Made by a program: the position numbers and the translations under genes. A stretch of DNA of 64,000 nucleotides from Chiloscyllium plagiosum (Eukaryota). Every line of letters starts with the position of its first letter. Position 1 is the stretch's first letter. The notes under the pieces were generated by a model. It worked only from the letters and a program-made list of their open reading frames with translations. It did not search any database and was not told the DNA's origin. Positions 27,036 through 39,939 of this stretch are shown piece after piece. Location: positions 19,814,117 to 19,878,116 of the forward strand of contig NC_057750.1 of assembly GCF_004010195.1 (NCBI RefSeq). The letters run 5' to 3'.

Positions 27036-28476
27036 TTCTTCACGAATTTCTGCTCGACCCACAAAGGCAGTATTTTGACAGGAATCATACAAAAGGTCTA
27101 TAAGTCGCATGGTCGATTGTAGTTACATGGTTTAAGACAGACAATTATAATATTACAATACCCAATGATTGTTGATGTCCTGTGATAACCAGTGCACGGA
27201 TTACAAGGATTGGTTATCGTATTCTTTATAATCATGTGTTGATGAGAAGAGCTTAGTACAGAAGGGCTTTGCTTGTTCTCAATGTGGGATTCACATATCT
27301 ATATTAATAAGGAGGGGAAGCAAGATAATGGGAGCAGGGTGCAGTTAATAGGGTTATGGCCAAGGCTATCAGTCTTGTACAGGGAGGACAAATATGTTTG
27401 CCTGAGGCTGCAAGTGGAATCTACATGTGTGGCTCCATTGGATTCAGTTCTCTGAGAGTCAGCCAGCACCCCTCCACTGTGATGTCCTGTCTTAATCTGT
27501 AAGAGGACAAGCATGCAATTGATACTGCAGTGAGTGCACTTAGCAGTAGAATGTTTAACCCTTGAGTCTCCATTATGCCATGAACTATAAGTAAAAAATG
27601 GAACTGATACCTTTTGTGGCTTTCTAACCTCCTCACTATCATCCAAAACAAGTCTTCACTTGTGATGAAATAGGTTTGTTTTGGAAATAAGATGCTGAAT
27701 AGAACGTACATTCACAGAAGTGCAAACAGGCACCAGGGTTCAAAGCCTGGAAGGACAGATTAACTCTTGTACTATGTAGCAATGCTGTAGGGCATATGGT
27801 CAAGCCATGAGTGGTGTACCAATCAAAAAATCTCCACACCCTCAAGAATAAAAGCAAAAACAATCTTGCCCATCTTCGGGCAACACAATAAGAAAGCATG
27901 GGTGACAACTGTGCTTTGTCCAGAATGGTTTCACTAATGCTTCATCGCCGAAGTTAAGAAAATACTTGGAACAGGAAGCATTGCCATTGAAAGTCTTATT
28001 AATACTGGACACTGCGCCTGACCATCCAGCATCTCTTGTCATATGAAAATGTTAGGTTGTGTTTTTGCCACCAAACACATCCTCATTGCTTCAGACTTTG
28101 GACCAAGTGATCATCCGATTTGTCAAAGCCAGATGCACATATATTTGGGCATATTCGAGCAGCAACTGATGCAGGGCATGACCTAAACATTATGGAATGC
28201 TGGAAATCATTCACCGTTGCTGATGCAATAACATTTATCAAAGAGGCAATGGATGAATTAAAACCAGAAACTTTAAATGCTTGTTGGAAAACCTTATTGA
28301 GTAAAGTCGTGAATGATTTTAAAGATTTCCCAGCTATTGATGGAAATGTGAAGAAAAACATTCACGTAGTAAGAGAAGTTGGTGTAAAAGGATTCGTTGA
28401 TATGAATAAGGAAGAAGTGGAAGAACATATCGAAGAACATCGAGGAGTCTTGACAAATGAGGAATTAGAAAAACTT

Positions 28477-28606
28477 CTGATGATGCAAAGAATTCCTGAT
28501 GAAGGGCTTTTGCCCGAAACATCGATTTTCCTGCTCCTCTGATGTGCTTTTCCAGCGCCACACTCTTGACTCTAATCTCCAGCAGCTGCAGGCCTCATTT
28601 TCTCCC
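28477..28606 (+). mobile_element. Penelope family A terminus inserted in the Tigger transposase
   Basis: CCTGATGAAGGGCTTTTGCCCGAAACATCG; flanking duplication AATTAGAA(A/G)AACTT. Confidence 0.75.
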
Positions 28607-29142
28607 AATTAGAAGAACTTATCAAGTAATCAACAGAGGAAGGGGAAGATTTGGATTAAGAAACTGAAACAGAACCAATAATATGGACATTGGAAAAATT
28701 TGGCAGTGTTTCAGTTTGCACAGACTTTAAAGAAAAATGTCCTGGATTATGATCCTATGATGGAATACAGTATTGAAGTAATCTGTACAATCACTGAAAC
28801 ATTATAGCCTCTCCAGCTAATGTTTGATGAGCTGTAAAGAAACATCAACTTCTTATCATAATATTTTTCCAAAAGCTTGAAAAACAAACCATGTCTACTA
28901 TTGACAATGAAAAACCATCCACATCGTTTGCTTCTGAAATTACCCAACCATCAACATTGTCTGCTGCTTCTCCAGCCGTTTGAGGTGCCAGTAGCATCTG
29001 AAACAAATGATCCTCCTTCTGTATCATCTTTACATCATCATATCATCGCAGCAAAAACAAAGATTGGAGAAGTTGGTGAGCACCAACAATAGGCTAAGTT
29101 ATTTTTTTAAGAAATACACTTAAAGCTAATTGGAGAAATATA

Positions 29143-29412
29143 ATGATTTGGAGGAGCCAGTGTAGGACCGGGGAAGACAAAGTTAAAAATCACACATAAC
29201 ACCAGGTTATAGTCCAACAGGTTCACTGCATTTGGAAGCACTACCTTTTGAAGCGCCACTTCTTCATCAAGTGGTTGTGAAGCAGGACCATAATTCTGCA
29301 TCTTATTGTCCGACTTCACAACTATCTGATGAAGGAGCAGCGCTTCGAAAGCTAGTGCTTCCAAATAAACCTGTTGGACTATAACCTGTTCTCATGTGAT
29401 TTACAACTTTGC
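29143..29412. mobile_element. Inverted pair of Penelope family C termini
   Basis: CAGGTTATAGTCCAACAGG ... CCTGTTGGACTATAACCTG inverted arms. Confidence 0.7.
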
Positions 29413-29994
29413 TAAAATGTAAGGCTAATTTTTTTAAGAAATACAATAAAGGGTGAATGTAAAAATATAATATAAAAATGTACAGTTTTTATACTGTGTG
29501 TGTATAACATAAGTTTCATTATTACATGGTCCCTTAAAGTTAAACTCATAATTCACAAACCATTCATTCCAGAGACCGAGCACTGGAATAATAATGTACT
29601 GTACGATGTATTTTATTATGCTTTTGTGTTGATAATGTATAATTGTACATAATTTCTCAATGAGACATTAGCATAGGTATGTGTGCAAACGGAAAATGAA
29701 TTGTATTCAGTGTTTGATGCTATCTGCAGTTTTGGCTATCCGCGATAAGATTCAGAATATTTCCCCCATGGATAGTGGGTGATTTCTGTACTGGCGATGG
29801 CATCAGAAACTGTCCAATTACCTTAGTTTTTGCATCTCGTTGGACAATTTGTCCATATCCAGAAACATAGCACATGAAGGTGACTTGGGCTTTTGCAAAT
29901 TCACTTTTAGCTATGTTTATAACCTCCTGCCTTCTGAAGTTGATCAAACAAGTCATGTGCTTCCATGTGTGACTAAAAATCACCAGGTCACCTA

Positions 29995-30212
29995 TACCAT
30001 GGCCGCTCAGTGGTTAGCATTTCTGCCTCATAGCACCTGGGACAGGGATTCAATTCACGGCTTGGGTAACTGTGTGGTGTTTGCATGTTCTCCCCATGTC
30101 TGCGTAGTTTTCTTCCAGGTGGTCCAGTTTCCTCCCACAGTCCAAAGATGTGCAGGTCAGGTAAATTGGCTATGTTAAATTGCCCCATATTGATCAGGGA
30201 TATGTAGATTAA
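29995..30212 (+). mobile_element. HE1-type SINE (diverged, partial)
   Basis: GCTCAGTGGTTAGCATTTCTGCCTCA..CCTCCCACAGTCCAAAGATGTGCAGG. Confidence 0.8.
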
Positions 30213-30614
30213 CCAATCTGGTACGGACCAGAACTGATCGACTCAAAACAGTACAAGAAAGTAGCCCATACGCTTACTTTGTTATTTTTTTAAGCAGACA
30301 TAATGCGGATATTTCAGGAGTGATGCAGCTGGTCAAACCACATAGTTTCAAATAAAATAGAATTTATTGATATGATTTACTGAATGAACCCCAAACAAAA
30401 GAGTACAGAATACTGAATAAGCTATCTGAAAACCTAATAAATTATCCCAGCTTAATTATGCTGTTCCAATACTTGCAACAATCCCCATAAACATAAAATA
30501 AAATAAAAATCAAACACAGAGTCTTACAGGAGAGATGTCAGAGAGAGGAGAAGGATCAGCGTGGACCTGTTTCTTTAGGTCCAGCAGCTTTTTCAACAGC
30601 CTGTCTGCTTTCAG

Positions 30615-31180
30615 ATTTTGATCAGATGGACCAATGGGCAGAGTTTAATTTAGATATATGTGATGTGCTGCATTTTGGAAAGGCAAGGAGGTGCAGGACA
30701 TATACACTTGATGGTAAGTTCCTGGGGAGTGTCGTTGAACAAAGAGACCTTGGAGTGCTGGTTATCATTACTTTAACGTGGAGTCACAGATTATAGGATA
30801 GTGAAGAAGGCATTTGGTATGCATGCCATTATTGGTCATGCCATGGAGTATAGGAGTTGGAAGGTCATGTTGCAACTGTGCAGGACATTGGTTTGGCCGC
30901 TTTTGCAATTAAATCTGGTTTCCTGCTATAGGAATGATGTTGTGAAACTTGAAAGGGTTCAGAAAAGATTTACAAGAATGTTGTCAGGGTTGGAGGGTTT
31001 TAGCTTTAGGAAGAAGGTGAATAGGCTAGGGCTGCTTTCTCTGGAGCGTTGGTGGCTGAGCTGTGACTTTAGAGGTTGATAAATTCATGAGAGGCATGGA
31101 TATGGTAAATAGACTGGTAAATTTTCCCTGGGGTGGGGAAGACCAGAACTGGAGGGCATAGGTTTAGGGTGAGAGGGTTC
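30615..31180 (+). mobile_element. CR1 RT C-terminal fragment
   Basis: KLERVQKRFTRMLSGL. Confidence 0.8.
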
Positions 31181-31184
31181 AATG

Positions 31185-33330
31185 GAAAGTGCAGGAGGGC
31201 ATGGCAGGAGCAGCACCCGGCATACCTGAAGATGAGGTGTGAACCTGGTGAAGTTGTTGCATACCAAGTAGCATAAGCAGTAAGTATTAGACAGAGCTAA
31301 GTGTCCCAAAACCAACAGATCAGATCTATATTCTACAGTCCTGCCAAATCTAGTCACGAATGGAAACAGACAATTAAACAACTGGAGGAGGAGGCTCCAC
31401 AAAAACTACCATCCTCAATGATGGGAGAACCCAGCACATTAGTGCAAAGGATAAGGCTGAAGTTTTCATAACAATCTTCAGCCAGAAGTGCTGATTGGTT
31501 GATACATCTTCTCGGAGAATGTGAGGACTGAAGATGCTGGAGGTCAGTGCTGAAAATGTGTTGCTGGAAAAGCGCAGCAGGTCAGGCAGCATCCAAGGAG
31601 CAGGAGAATCGATGTTTCGTGCATGAGCCCTTCTTCAGGAATGCTGATTCCTGAAGAAGGGCTCATGCCCGAAACGTCGATTCTCCTGCTTCTTGAATGC
31701 TGCCTGACCTTCTACGCTTTTCCAGCAACACATTTTCAGCTCTGATACATCTTGTCCTCAAGCATTACAGATACAAGTCTTCAGCCAAGTCACTTCACTC
31801 CATTTGATATCAAGGAATGATTGGAGGCACTGGATACGAGCCCAGACAACATTCCAGCAACAGTACTAAACTCTTGTGCTCCAGAACCTGCCGCTTCCCT
31901 AGCCAAGCTGTTCCAGTACATTTGCAACACCGGCATCTACTCGACAATGTGGAAAATTACCCAAGCGTGTCCAGCAAATAAAAAGCAGGACAAATCCAGC
32001 TCAGTCGATTCTCAATCATCAGTAAACTGCTAGAAGATGTCCTCATGCTATCAAGCAGCACTTGCTCAGCAATAATCTGCTCAGTGACTCCCAGTTTGAT
32101 TTCCTCCAGGGCCATTCAGCCCCTGACCTCATTACAGCTTTGGTCCAAACATGGACAAAAGAACTGAATAGCAGAACGGAGGTTCGAGTGACAGCCCTTG
32201 ACATCAAAGCTGCATTCTATTAAGTGTAGTATCAAAGATCCCCAGCAAATTGGAATAAATGGGTATCAGGGGCAAACTCTCTGCTAGCTAGAGTCATACC
32301 TGACATGTCAGAAATTGGTCACAGTTGTTGAGATCCATCATTTCAGCTTCAGGACGTCTCTGCAGGAGTCCTTCAGGATAGTGTCATCAGCACAACCATC
32401 TTCAGCTGCTTCATCAATGACCTTCCCTCCATCATAAGGTCAGAAGTGGGGATGTTTGCCAATATTCAGTACCATTCAGGATTCCTCAGACACTGAAACA
32501 ATCCATGTCCAAATGCAACAAAATCTGGACAATATCCAGGTTTAGGCTGACAAGTGGAAAATAACATTTGTGCCACACAACTGCCAGGCTATGAGCATCA
32601 CCAATAAGAAAAAAATGTAATCACAACCCCTTGTCATTCAAAGGTGTTACCATCACTGAATCCCCCATTATAAACATCCTGGGGGTTATCATTGACCAGA
32701 AACTCAACTGGATTCATGACATAAACAGAGTGACCACAACAGCTGGTCAGAAGCTAGGAATTCAGCAGCAAGTAACTCCACTGCTGACTACTCAAGTCTG
32801 CCACCATCTACAAATCACAAGTCAGGAGTGTGGTATAATAGTCGCTACTTGCCTGGATGAGTGCAGCCCAAACAACACTCAAGAAGATTGGCACAATCCA
32901 GGATAAAGCACACCACTTGATTGGCACTGCATGAACAAGCATCCACTCTCTCCACCTCTGACATTCAGTGGCAGCAGTGTGTACTATCTACAAGATGCAC
33001 TGCAGAAATTCACCAAGATCCTCAGACAGCACCTTACAAACCCACAAACACTTCCATCGTGAAGGAGAAGTGTAGCAGCTATATGGGAGCACCACCACCT
33101 TCAATTTCTTCTCCAAACCACTCACCATGCTGACTTGGAAATAGATCACAGTCCTTCACTGTCACTGGGTCAAACTTTTGGAATTCCCTCCATCATTCCC
33201 TCCATCATTCCACAGCAGATGGATTGCATTGGTTCAAGAAGGCAGCTCACCACCACTTTCTCAAAAGCAACGAGCACAGGGCAATAAATAGTGATCATCT
33301 CGGGACACCCATTTCCCACAAAAATGATTT
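31185..33330 (+). mobile_element. Second CR1-clade LINE family, decayed RT plus 3' tail, with a nested Penelope hairpin
   Basis: SPDNIPATVL..MWKITQACPANKKQDKS; FSCFINDLP; LGVIIDQKLNW; tail GGTTCAAGAAGGCAGCTCACCACCAC. Confidence 0.8.
31514..31743. mobile_element. Near-perfect inverted pair of Penelope family A termini
   Basis: ~95-bp arms meeting at CAGGAAT-GCTG-ATTCCTG; TGATACATCTT duplicated on both flanks. Confidence 0.85.
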
Positions 33331-35660
33331 AAAAAACAGCAGTGACACGGATCTGTTGAGTAACATGAGTCTTTTAATTCAACTGACACTATTAGATTTT
33401 AAATTGATTGACCTCTTCCCATACAATAGGCTGGTGGACATCACATGTCTGTTCCACTTTCTCATCGACGTTCCCGGATTTTACAAATGAAACGAGCTGA
33501 TTGACACAGATTGTGTTAAAGATGATTACGGTGTCTGTTACTGCTTACAGATTCTCTTTCTGTGTGTGTGTGTGGATGGGTATGTGTGTATTAGTCTGTT
33601 TCTCTAAGTTTATGTGTCCCTCCGTGTCTGTGTCTCTGTGCAATGGGCTCAGGTATTATTGTGTCGTACAACATCTTGCATTATTGTATATACAATTTTT
33701 TTTTATTTGTTCATGGGGCGGGAGTGATACATTCCAACATTCATTGTCTATCTCTGATCACCTGAAGAGCAGTTAAGAAACCGTCACACAGTGCTGTTTG
33801 TCTGGAGCCGCAAGGATCCCAGACCAAATGGAAAATATTGTTATCCTTCTACTAAGGGATATTTGTGAACTAGATGGGTATTTAGGACAATTCAGAATTG
33901 TTACATAGTTGCTTTTTTGTTGCAATTTTTTTTTCAGTTTGCATTTCACCATCTGCCATGCTGGGATTTGAACTATTATCCAATGGTTCTGGATTATCTT
34001 TCCTGTGAAATTAGCACTATGTCTCCACCACCATCCTCAATCTTCAGTTTGACTGGCTAGAGAAACTGCCTCCACCCCGGTCCTTGCACCATTTTGGTTA
34101 TTATTGTCACACTGTCATTTAAGTTTCCTGGCCTCCACCCTATCACAGACATTCCCTTCTGCTCTTCTGTCTACCCTCCACTTGATATACAGGCATATTG
34201 CTGGCAGTTCCTTCACACACACAGTCGTTATGTTATCACTCACAGAGATACAGAGACTCAGAAGGGTCATCAATCCCACAGGCTCAGACAGAGACAGTGT
34301 CCAGTCCTACTCTGATCCCACCTTCCAGTGACATGTTTTCATTCTAACACTCAAACAAAGCAAGAGCGAAAGGAATCATTTCCATTCCTCTCAAGTCGGA
34401 CTGTAAACAAATCCCAGTCTCAAAATCGCATCTACACGAAGAACAAAAAGGACTGTGTTAATCACTCAGCAGTAACAAATTCAACAAAACATTGTTGAGA
34501 TTTATAATTTGAAAAGCTGTAAACAGATACGGCGAGCATTAAATAAAAACAGTCATTTCCGCTGATGAAAAGTCAGGGACCAGAAACGCACATTTCGTTT
34601 TCCTCTCTATAGGATGCTGTCTGACCTGCTGAGTATTTGCAGCACTTTTGGTTTTACATCATGTAGGTTTGAGCCACGTTCAGAAAGGACAGAAGTTACT
34701 TAATTAGAACAGGTATTCACAAAAAAAGATTCTCAGGTCATTTATAATTGATATAACACATAGAAATCTATTTGTACATTAAAATATTAAAGATACAATT
34801 ACAAACACAAATATGGAGATGAGCATTAAATATATGAACATAATCCATCAGCCGTGCAAAGAATAACAGAGACCTGATGCAGAGTGAATCTCACTCTCAT
34901 GAAACCTTCGAAACAAATTCTCCACCAAATCACAATTAATGGCAGTAACATTAAGATAGTGAATGAACACCACTGTCAACTCCAAAACCTAACTTGTCGA
35001 ATAGCCTATATTTTCCATAACTATTTTAAAATGAATAGGATAACAATAAGTGTTCCCTCACTTTTACCTCATTCTCTTGCCGTGCCTTATTTCCCAGGAG
35101 AAAGTTGAGTTTTGCCACTTCTCTCGGATGACCATTTACATTGGATTGAGGAAGATTCTTGAATGCACTTAACAATTTCCGCCTTTCCATTACCACTCTA
35201 TGTTTGGAAATTTAAATCGCCTTCTACTGCAACTCGATGTTTCTTAAAACTATCTGCTATCTCCCTACAAAATTTCTCCTCAATTTCCAATTGACTATTG
35301 GGGGAGGGCTGGGGTTTGGGTCTATTACACAAACTCATCAAAATGATCATGTCTTTTTTTCTCAGTTTCACCAATATTGTTTCACTGGATAATCTCTCAG
35401 GAATATCCTCTCTAAGTACCGCTGTGATGTTTACATGAATTTAAGTCAACACTCCCCTCCTCTCTTGCTTACCCTTGTATCTTTCCTACAAACAGACCAT
35501 TGGACTTGATTTTGGAGCACCATTTTAAACTACTTCTGATGAAGAGTCATTGGAATTGAAATGTTAACTTTTTCTCTCGAGAGATGTTATAAGACCAGCT
35601 GAATTTCTCCAATAAATCCTCTATCCAGCATCAGCCCCAAGTCACGTTCCAAGTTATCTC

Positions 35661-38600
35661 TTAGAACATAGAACATAAAACAATACAGCATAGAACAGGC
35701 CCTTCAGCCCACGATGTTGTGCCGACCATTGATCCTCATGTAAGATAAACCTAATACACGAACCCTCAAATTTCTGTGATCATATGCATGTCCACCAGTC
35801 TGTTAAATATCCGCAATGACCTGCTGCTGGCAACGCATTCCATGCTCTCACAACTCTCTGCGTAAAAAACCCGCCCCTGACATCCCCTCTATACTTTTCG
35901 CCAAACAGTTTAAAACTATGACCCCTCGTGTTAACAATTTCTGTCCTGGGAAAAAGTCTCTGGCTATCAACTCTATCTATGCCTTTCATTATCTTATACA
36001 TCTCAATTAGGTCCCACCTCTTCCTTCTTTTTCCCAATGAAAAAAGTCCGAGCTCAGTCAACCTCTCTTCGTAAGATAAGCCCTCCATTCCAGGGAGCAT
36101 CCTGGTGAACAACCTCTGAACCCTCTCCAAAGCATCCACATGTTTCCTATAAGAGGGTGACCAGAACTGGACACTGTATTCCAAGTGCGGTCAAAGTTTT
36201 ATAGAGGTGCAACAAGATCTCACGGCTCTTAAACTCAATCCCCCTGTTAAAGAAAGCCAAAACACCATATGCTTTCTTAATAACCCTGTCCACTTGGGTT
36301 GCAATTTTAAGAGATCTATGTACCTGCACACCAAGATCCTTCAGTTCCTCCACACTACCAAAAATCATGTCTTTAATCCTTTCATAACTTCCAAGTTTGA
36401 ACTTTCAAAATGCATCACTTCGCATTTATCCAGGTTGAACTCCATCTGCCACTTCTCAGCCCATCTCTGCATCCTGTCAATGTCACGCTGCAGCCTACAA
36501 CAGTCCTCTATACTGTCCACGACACCTCCAACCTTTGTGTCGTCTGCACATTGCTAACCCATCCTTCAATCTCCTCATCCAAGTCATTACAAAAATTGCA
36601 AAGAGTAGAGGCCCAAGAACAGAGCCCTGTGGAACACCACACAACACTGACTTCCCAGGCAGAATATTTTCCTTCCACTACCACTCGCTGTCTTCTGTAG
36701 ACCAGCCAATTCTGTATCCAGAGAGCTAGATTTCGCTGTATCCCATTCCTCCTGACCTTCTGAACGAGCCTACCATGGGGAACCTTATCAAATGCCTTGC
36801 TGAAGTCCATATACACCACATCCACCACTCGACCCTCATCAATTTGTCTAGTAACACCCTCAAAGAACTCAATAAGATTTGTGAGGCATGACCTGCCCCT
36901 CATAAAGCCGTGCTGACTGCATTTAATCAAGCCATGCTCTTCCAGATGGTCAGAAATCCTATCCCTCAGAATCCTTTCTAACATCTTGCAGACGACATAC
37001 GTGAGACTGACTGGTCTATAATTGTTGGGGATTTCCCAATTTCCTTTCTTGAAGAGAGGAATTACATTTGCCTCCCTCCAGTCCACAGGTATGACTCCGG
37101 TGGAGAGTAAGGATGCAAAGAACTGCGCAAGCGGTGAAGCAATCACATTTCTCACTTTCCAAAGCAGCCTAGGACAAATCTGGTCTGGCCCTGGTGACTT
37201 GTCAACCTTAATGTTTGTCAAAACTTTCAGCACATCAGCTTCCTCAATCTCTATCCTTTCCAGCATGCTTACCCGCTCCTCAATGCTTTCATTCAATACA
37301 AGTTTCTTTTCTTTAGTAAAGACAGAAGCAAAAGCTCATTTAGGGCTTCCCCTACCTCCTCAGACTCTATACCAAGTTCCCTATACTATTCCTGATCGGC
37401 CCTACTATTTCTTTGATCATTCTCTTATTCCTCACATACGTGTAAAATGTCTTTGAATTCTCCCTAATCCTTCCTGCAAAGTATTTTTCGTGCCTCGTCC
37501 TGGCTCTGCTCAGACCATTTCTGAGCTCCTTCCTCGCCTGCCTGTAATCCTCTAGAGCTGAGCAAGACCCTTGCTTTCTCCACCTTACGTAAATTGCCTT
37601 CTTTCTTTTGAAATCTCCTCTGCTCTCGTCATCCAAGGTTCCTTTATCTTACCCCTTGTTCTCTGTCTCAGAGCAACACATTTATGCATCACTCGCAACA
37701 ACTGTCCCTTAAACAGTCTCCACATGTCTACAGTGCCCTTTCCATTGAGCAATTGCTCCCAGTCCATGCTTCCCGGCTCACGTCTGACAGCATTATAGTT
37801 TCCTTTTCCCCAATTAAATATCCCCCCATTGTGCCTGCTTCTCTCCTTATCCATAGCTATGTAGAATGTGAGGCAGTTGTGGTCATATCATCAAAATGCT
37901 CTCCCACTGCAAGATCTGACACCTGCCCTGGCTCATTGCCGAGCACCAAATCCAAAATGGCCTCTCCCCTCGTCGGCCTATCAACGTAATGAGTTAGGAT
38001 TACTGGTGCTGGAAAGGCACACCAGTACAGGCAGCATCCGAGGAGCAATAAAATCGACGTTTCGTGCAAAAGTCCTAAACGTCGATTTTACTCCTCCTTG
38101 GAGGCTGCCTGAACTGCTGTGCTTTTCCAGCACCACTAATCCAGAATCTGGTTTCCAGCATCTGCAGTCATTGTTTTTCCCTTACGTACTGAGTTAGGAA
38201 ACCCTCCTGAACACACCTTACAAAAACTGCACCTTCCAAACCATCTGCTTGAAGGAGGTTCCAAATCAATATTGGGAAAGTTAAAGTCACCCATTACAAC
38301 AACCCTACTACATTCACACTTTTCCAATATCTGCTTTCTTCAATCTCCCTGCTGCTATTGGGGGGCCTGTAGTAAACCCCTAATGAGGTGACTGCTCCCT
38401 TACTTTTCCTAATTTCCACCCATTCTGACTTAGTAGGCAGACCGTCCTCGACAGTGGTAATTTCTGTAGCTGTGATGCCCTCTCTGATTTGCAGTGCTAC
38501 ACCCCCTCCTCTTTCCCCCCCTCCCTATTCTTTTTAAATGTTCTAAACCGTGGAACATCCAGCAACTATTGCTGCCCCTGAGAAACCCAGGTCTCTGTTA

Positions 38601-39936
38601 TGGCCACAACATCATATGACCAGGTTCTAATCCATGCTCTGAGCTCATCACTTTTATTCCTGATACTCCTTGCACTAAAGTAAACACACTTTAACTGATC
38701 CCTTGGTTCTTTCCCAGGAAATTCCTTCCCACTTGCTGCGCTACTTCTTGCGATTGCCTCATCTCCATCAACTGTCACCATCGGTATATAGCTCAGCTTC
38801 CCACCCCCTGCCATACTAGTTTAAACCCCCCTGAACCACTCGAGCAAACCTTCCACCCAGGACATTTGTCCCCATCCAGTTCAGGTGCAACCCGTCCTTC
38901 ATGTACAGGTCCCACCTTCCACAAAAGGCATCCCAATTATCTAAATATATGAAGCCCTCCCTCCTACACCAACTGTGCCCGCTCCCTGTTCATCACCTCG
39001 CTAACTCGTGGCACCGGCAGTAAGCCCGAGAACACTACTGTGTTTGTCCTGCTCTGCAGCTTCCACCTGAACTCCCTGAAAACACTTTTTATATCATCAT
39101 TCATTTTCCTGGCAATATCATTGGTGCCAATATGTAACACGATTTCTGGCTGTTTGCCCTCCCCTTTCAGAATCTTATACACCCGATCAATGACGTCCCA
39201 GATCTTGACACCAAGGAGGCAACATACCTTCCGGGAATCCCGATCCTGACCACAAAATCTCCTGTCAATTCTCCAAACAATCGAGTCTCCTACCACTAGC
39301 GCTTTTCTATTCTGCCCCCTTCCCTTCTGGGCCACAGTGTCAGGCTCAGTGCCAGAGAACTGACCACTATGGCTTTCTTCTGGTAGGTCATCCTCCCCAG
39401 CGGTATCCAAAATGATATATTTATTGCTGAGGGGAATGTCCACAGGGGATCTCTGCACTGTCCGTCTGTCCCCTTTCCTCCCCCTGACTGTAACCCATCT
39501 ATCCTTATCCTGAGCCACAGGAGTGACCAACTGCTGGTAGCTTCTCTTAATTGCCCACTCAGCCTCCCGAATGATCCGCAGTTCATCCAGCTCCAGCTCC
39601 AATTCCCTAACACAGTTTTCAAGGAGCTGGAATTGGGTGCACTTCCCGCAGATGTCTCTCACCTGCCACATTCTGCAGGAGGAGCAAGCAACTGCAATAG
39701 CATCCATACCCCACTTATCTGAACGCCCACACAATATTAAACAAGAAAGCTTAATTCAATTGCTATAAAATTAAGCAATAAACTTATATTCAAAAAAGGA
39801 AGTTTAGAAATGAACCGTACTGTATTAACTTGGTTAGAGGAGGAGGCCGGATGGGAGACACTACAGTAGTAGTGCCTTGGGTTTAGCTGCCTTGCTAATA
39901 AATATGGTCTCGTAGTTTCCTTCCTGGCAGCCCCTC
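35661..39936 (-). mobile_element. Near full-length CR1 LINE (copy A): ORF1, APE endonuclease, RT, (TATGTTC)n tail; frameshifted
   Basis: ORF1 38964-39734 has CxxC..CxxC, a coiled coil and SGNH motifs (VVGDSIV, LHIGTND); endonuclease SARSIRNK..AITETW and VVMGDFNFP; RT YMDFSKAFDKVPH. Confidence 0.93.
38000..38183. mobile_element. Inverted Penelope terminus pair nested in CR1 copy A
   Basis: 16-bp TSD ACGTA(A/C)TGAGTTAGGA at 37984-37999 and 38184-38199. Confidence 0.85.
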
Positions 39937-39939
39937 CTA

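Larger units (their letters stand above)
26058..29790 (+). mobile_element. Decayed Tigger/pogo DNA transposon (TIGD1-like transposase), interrupted by nested insertions
   Basis: CENP-B-type HTH (YAEVAKMYGKNKSSIRE; KMEKSLHLWVED; FTASKGWLHRFRNR); DDE region (CDEIGLFWK; GFKAWKDRLTLVLCSNA); C-terminus ORF 28120-28542; TIR-like end ..CCCCCATGGATAGTGGG..CTGTA at ~29790. Contains stops and frameshifts. Confidence 0.85.

Noticed and set aside
26058..28880. Domesticated TIGD gene
   Set aside because: Multiple stops, frameshifts and nested insertions.
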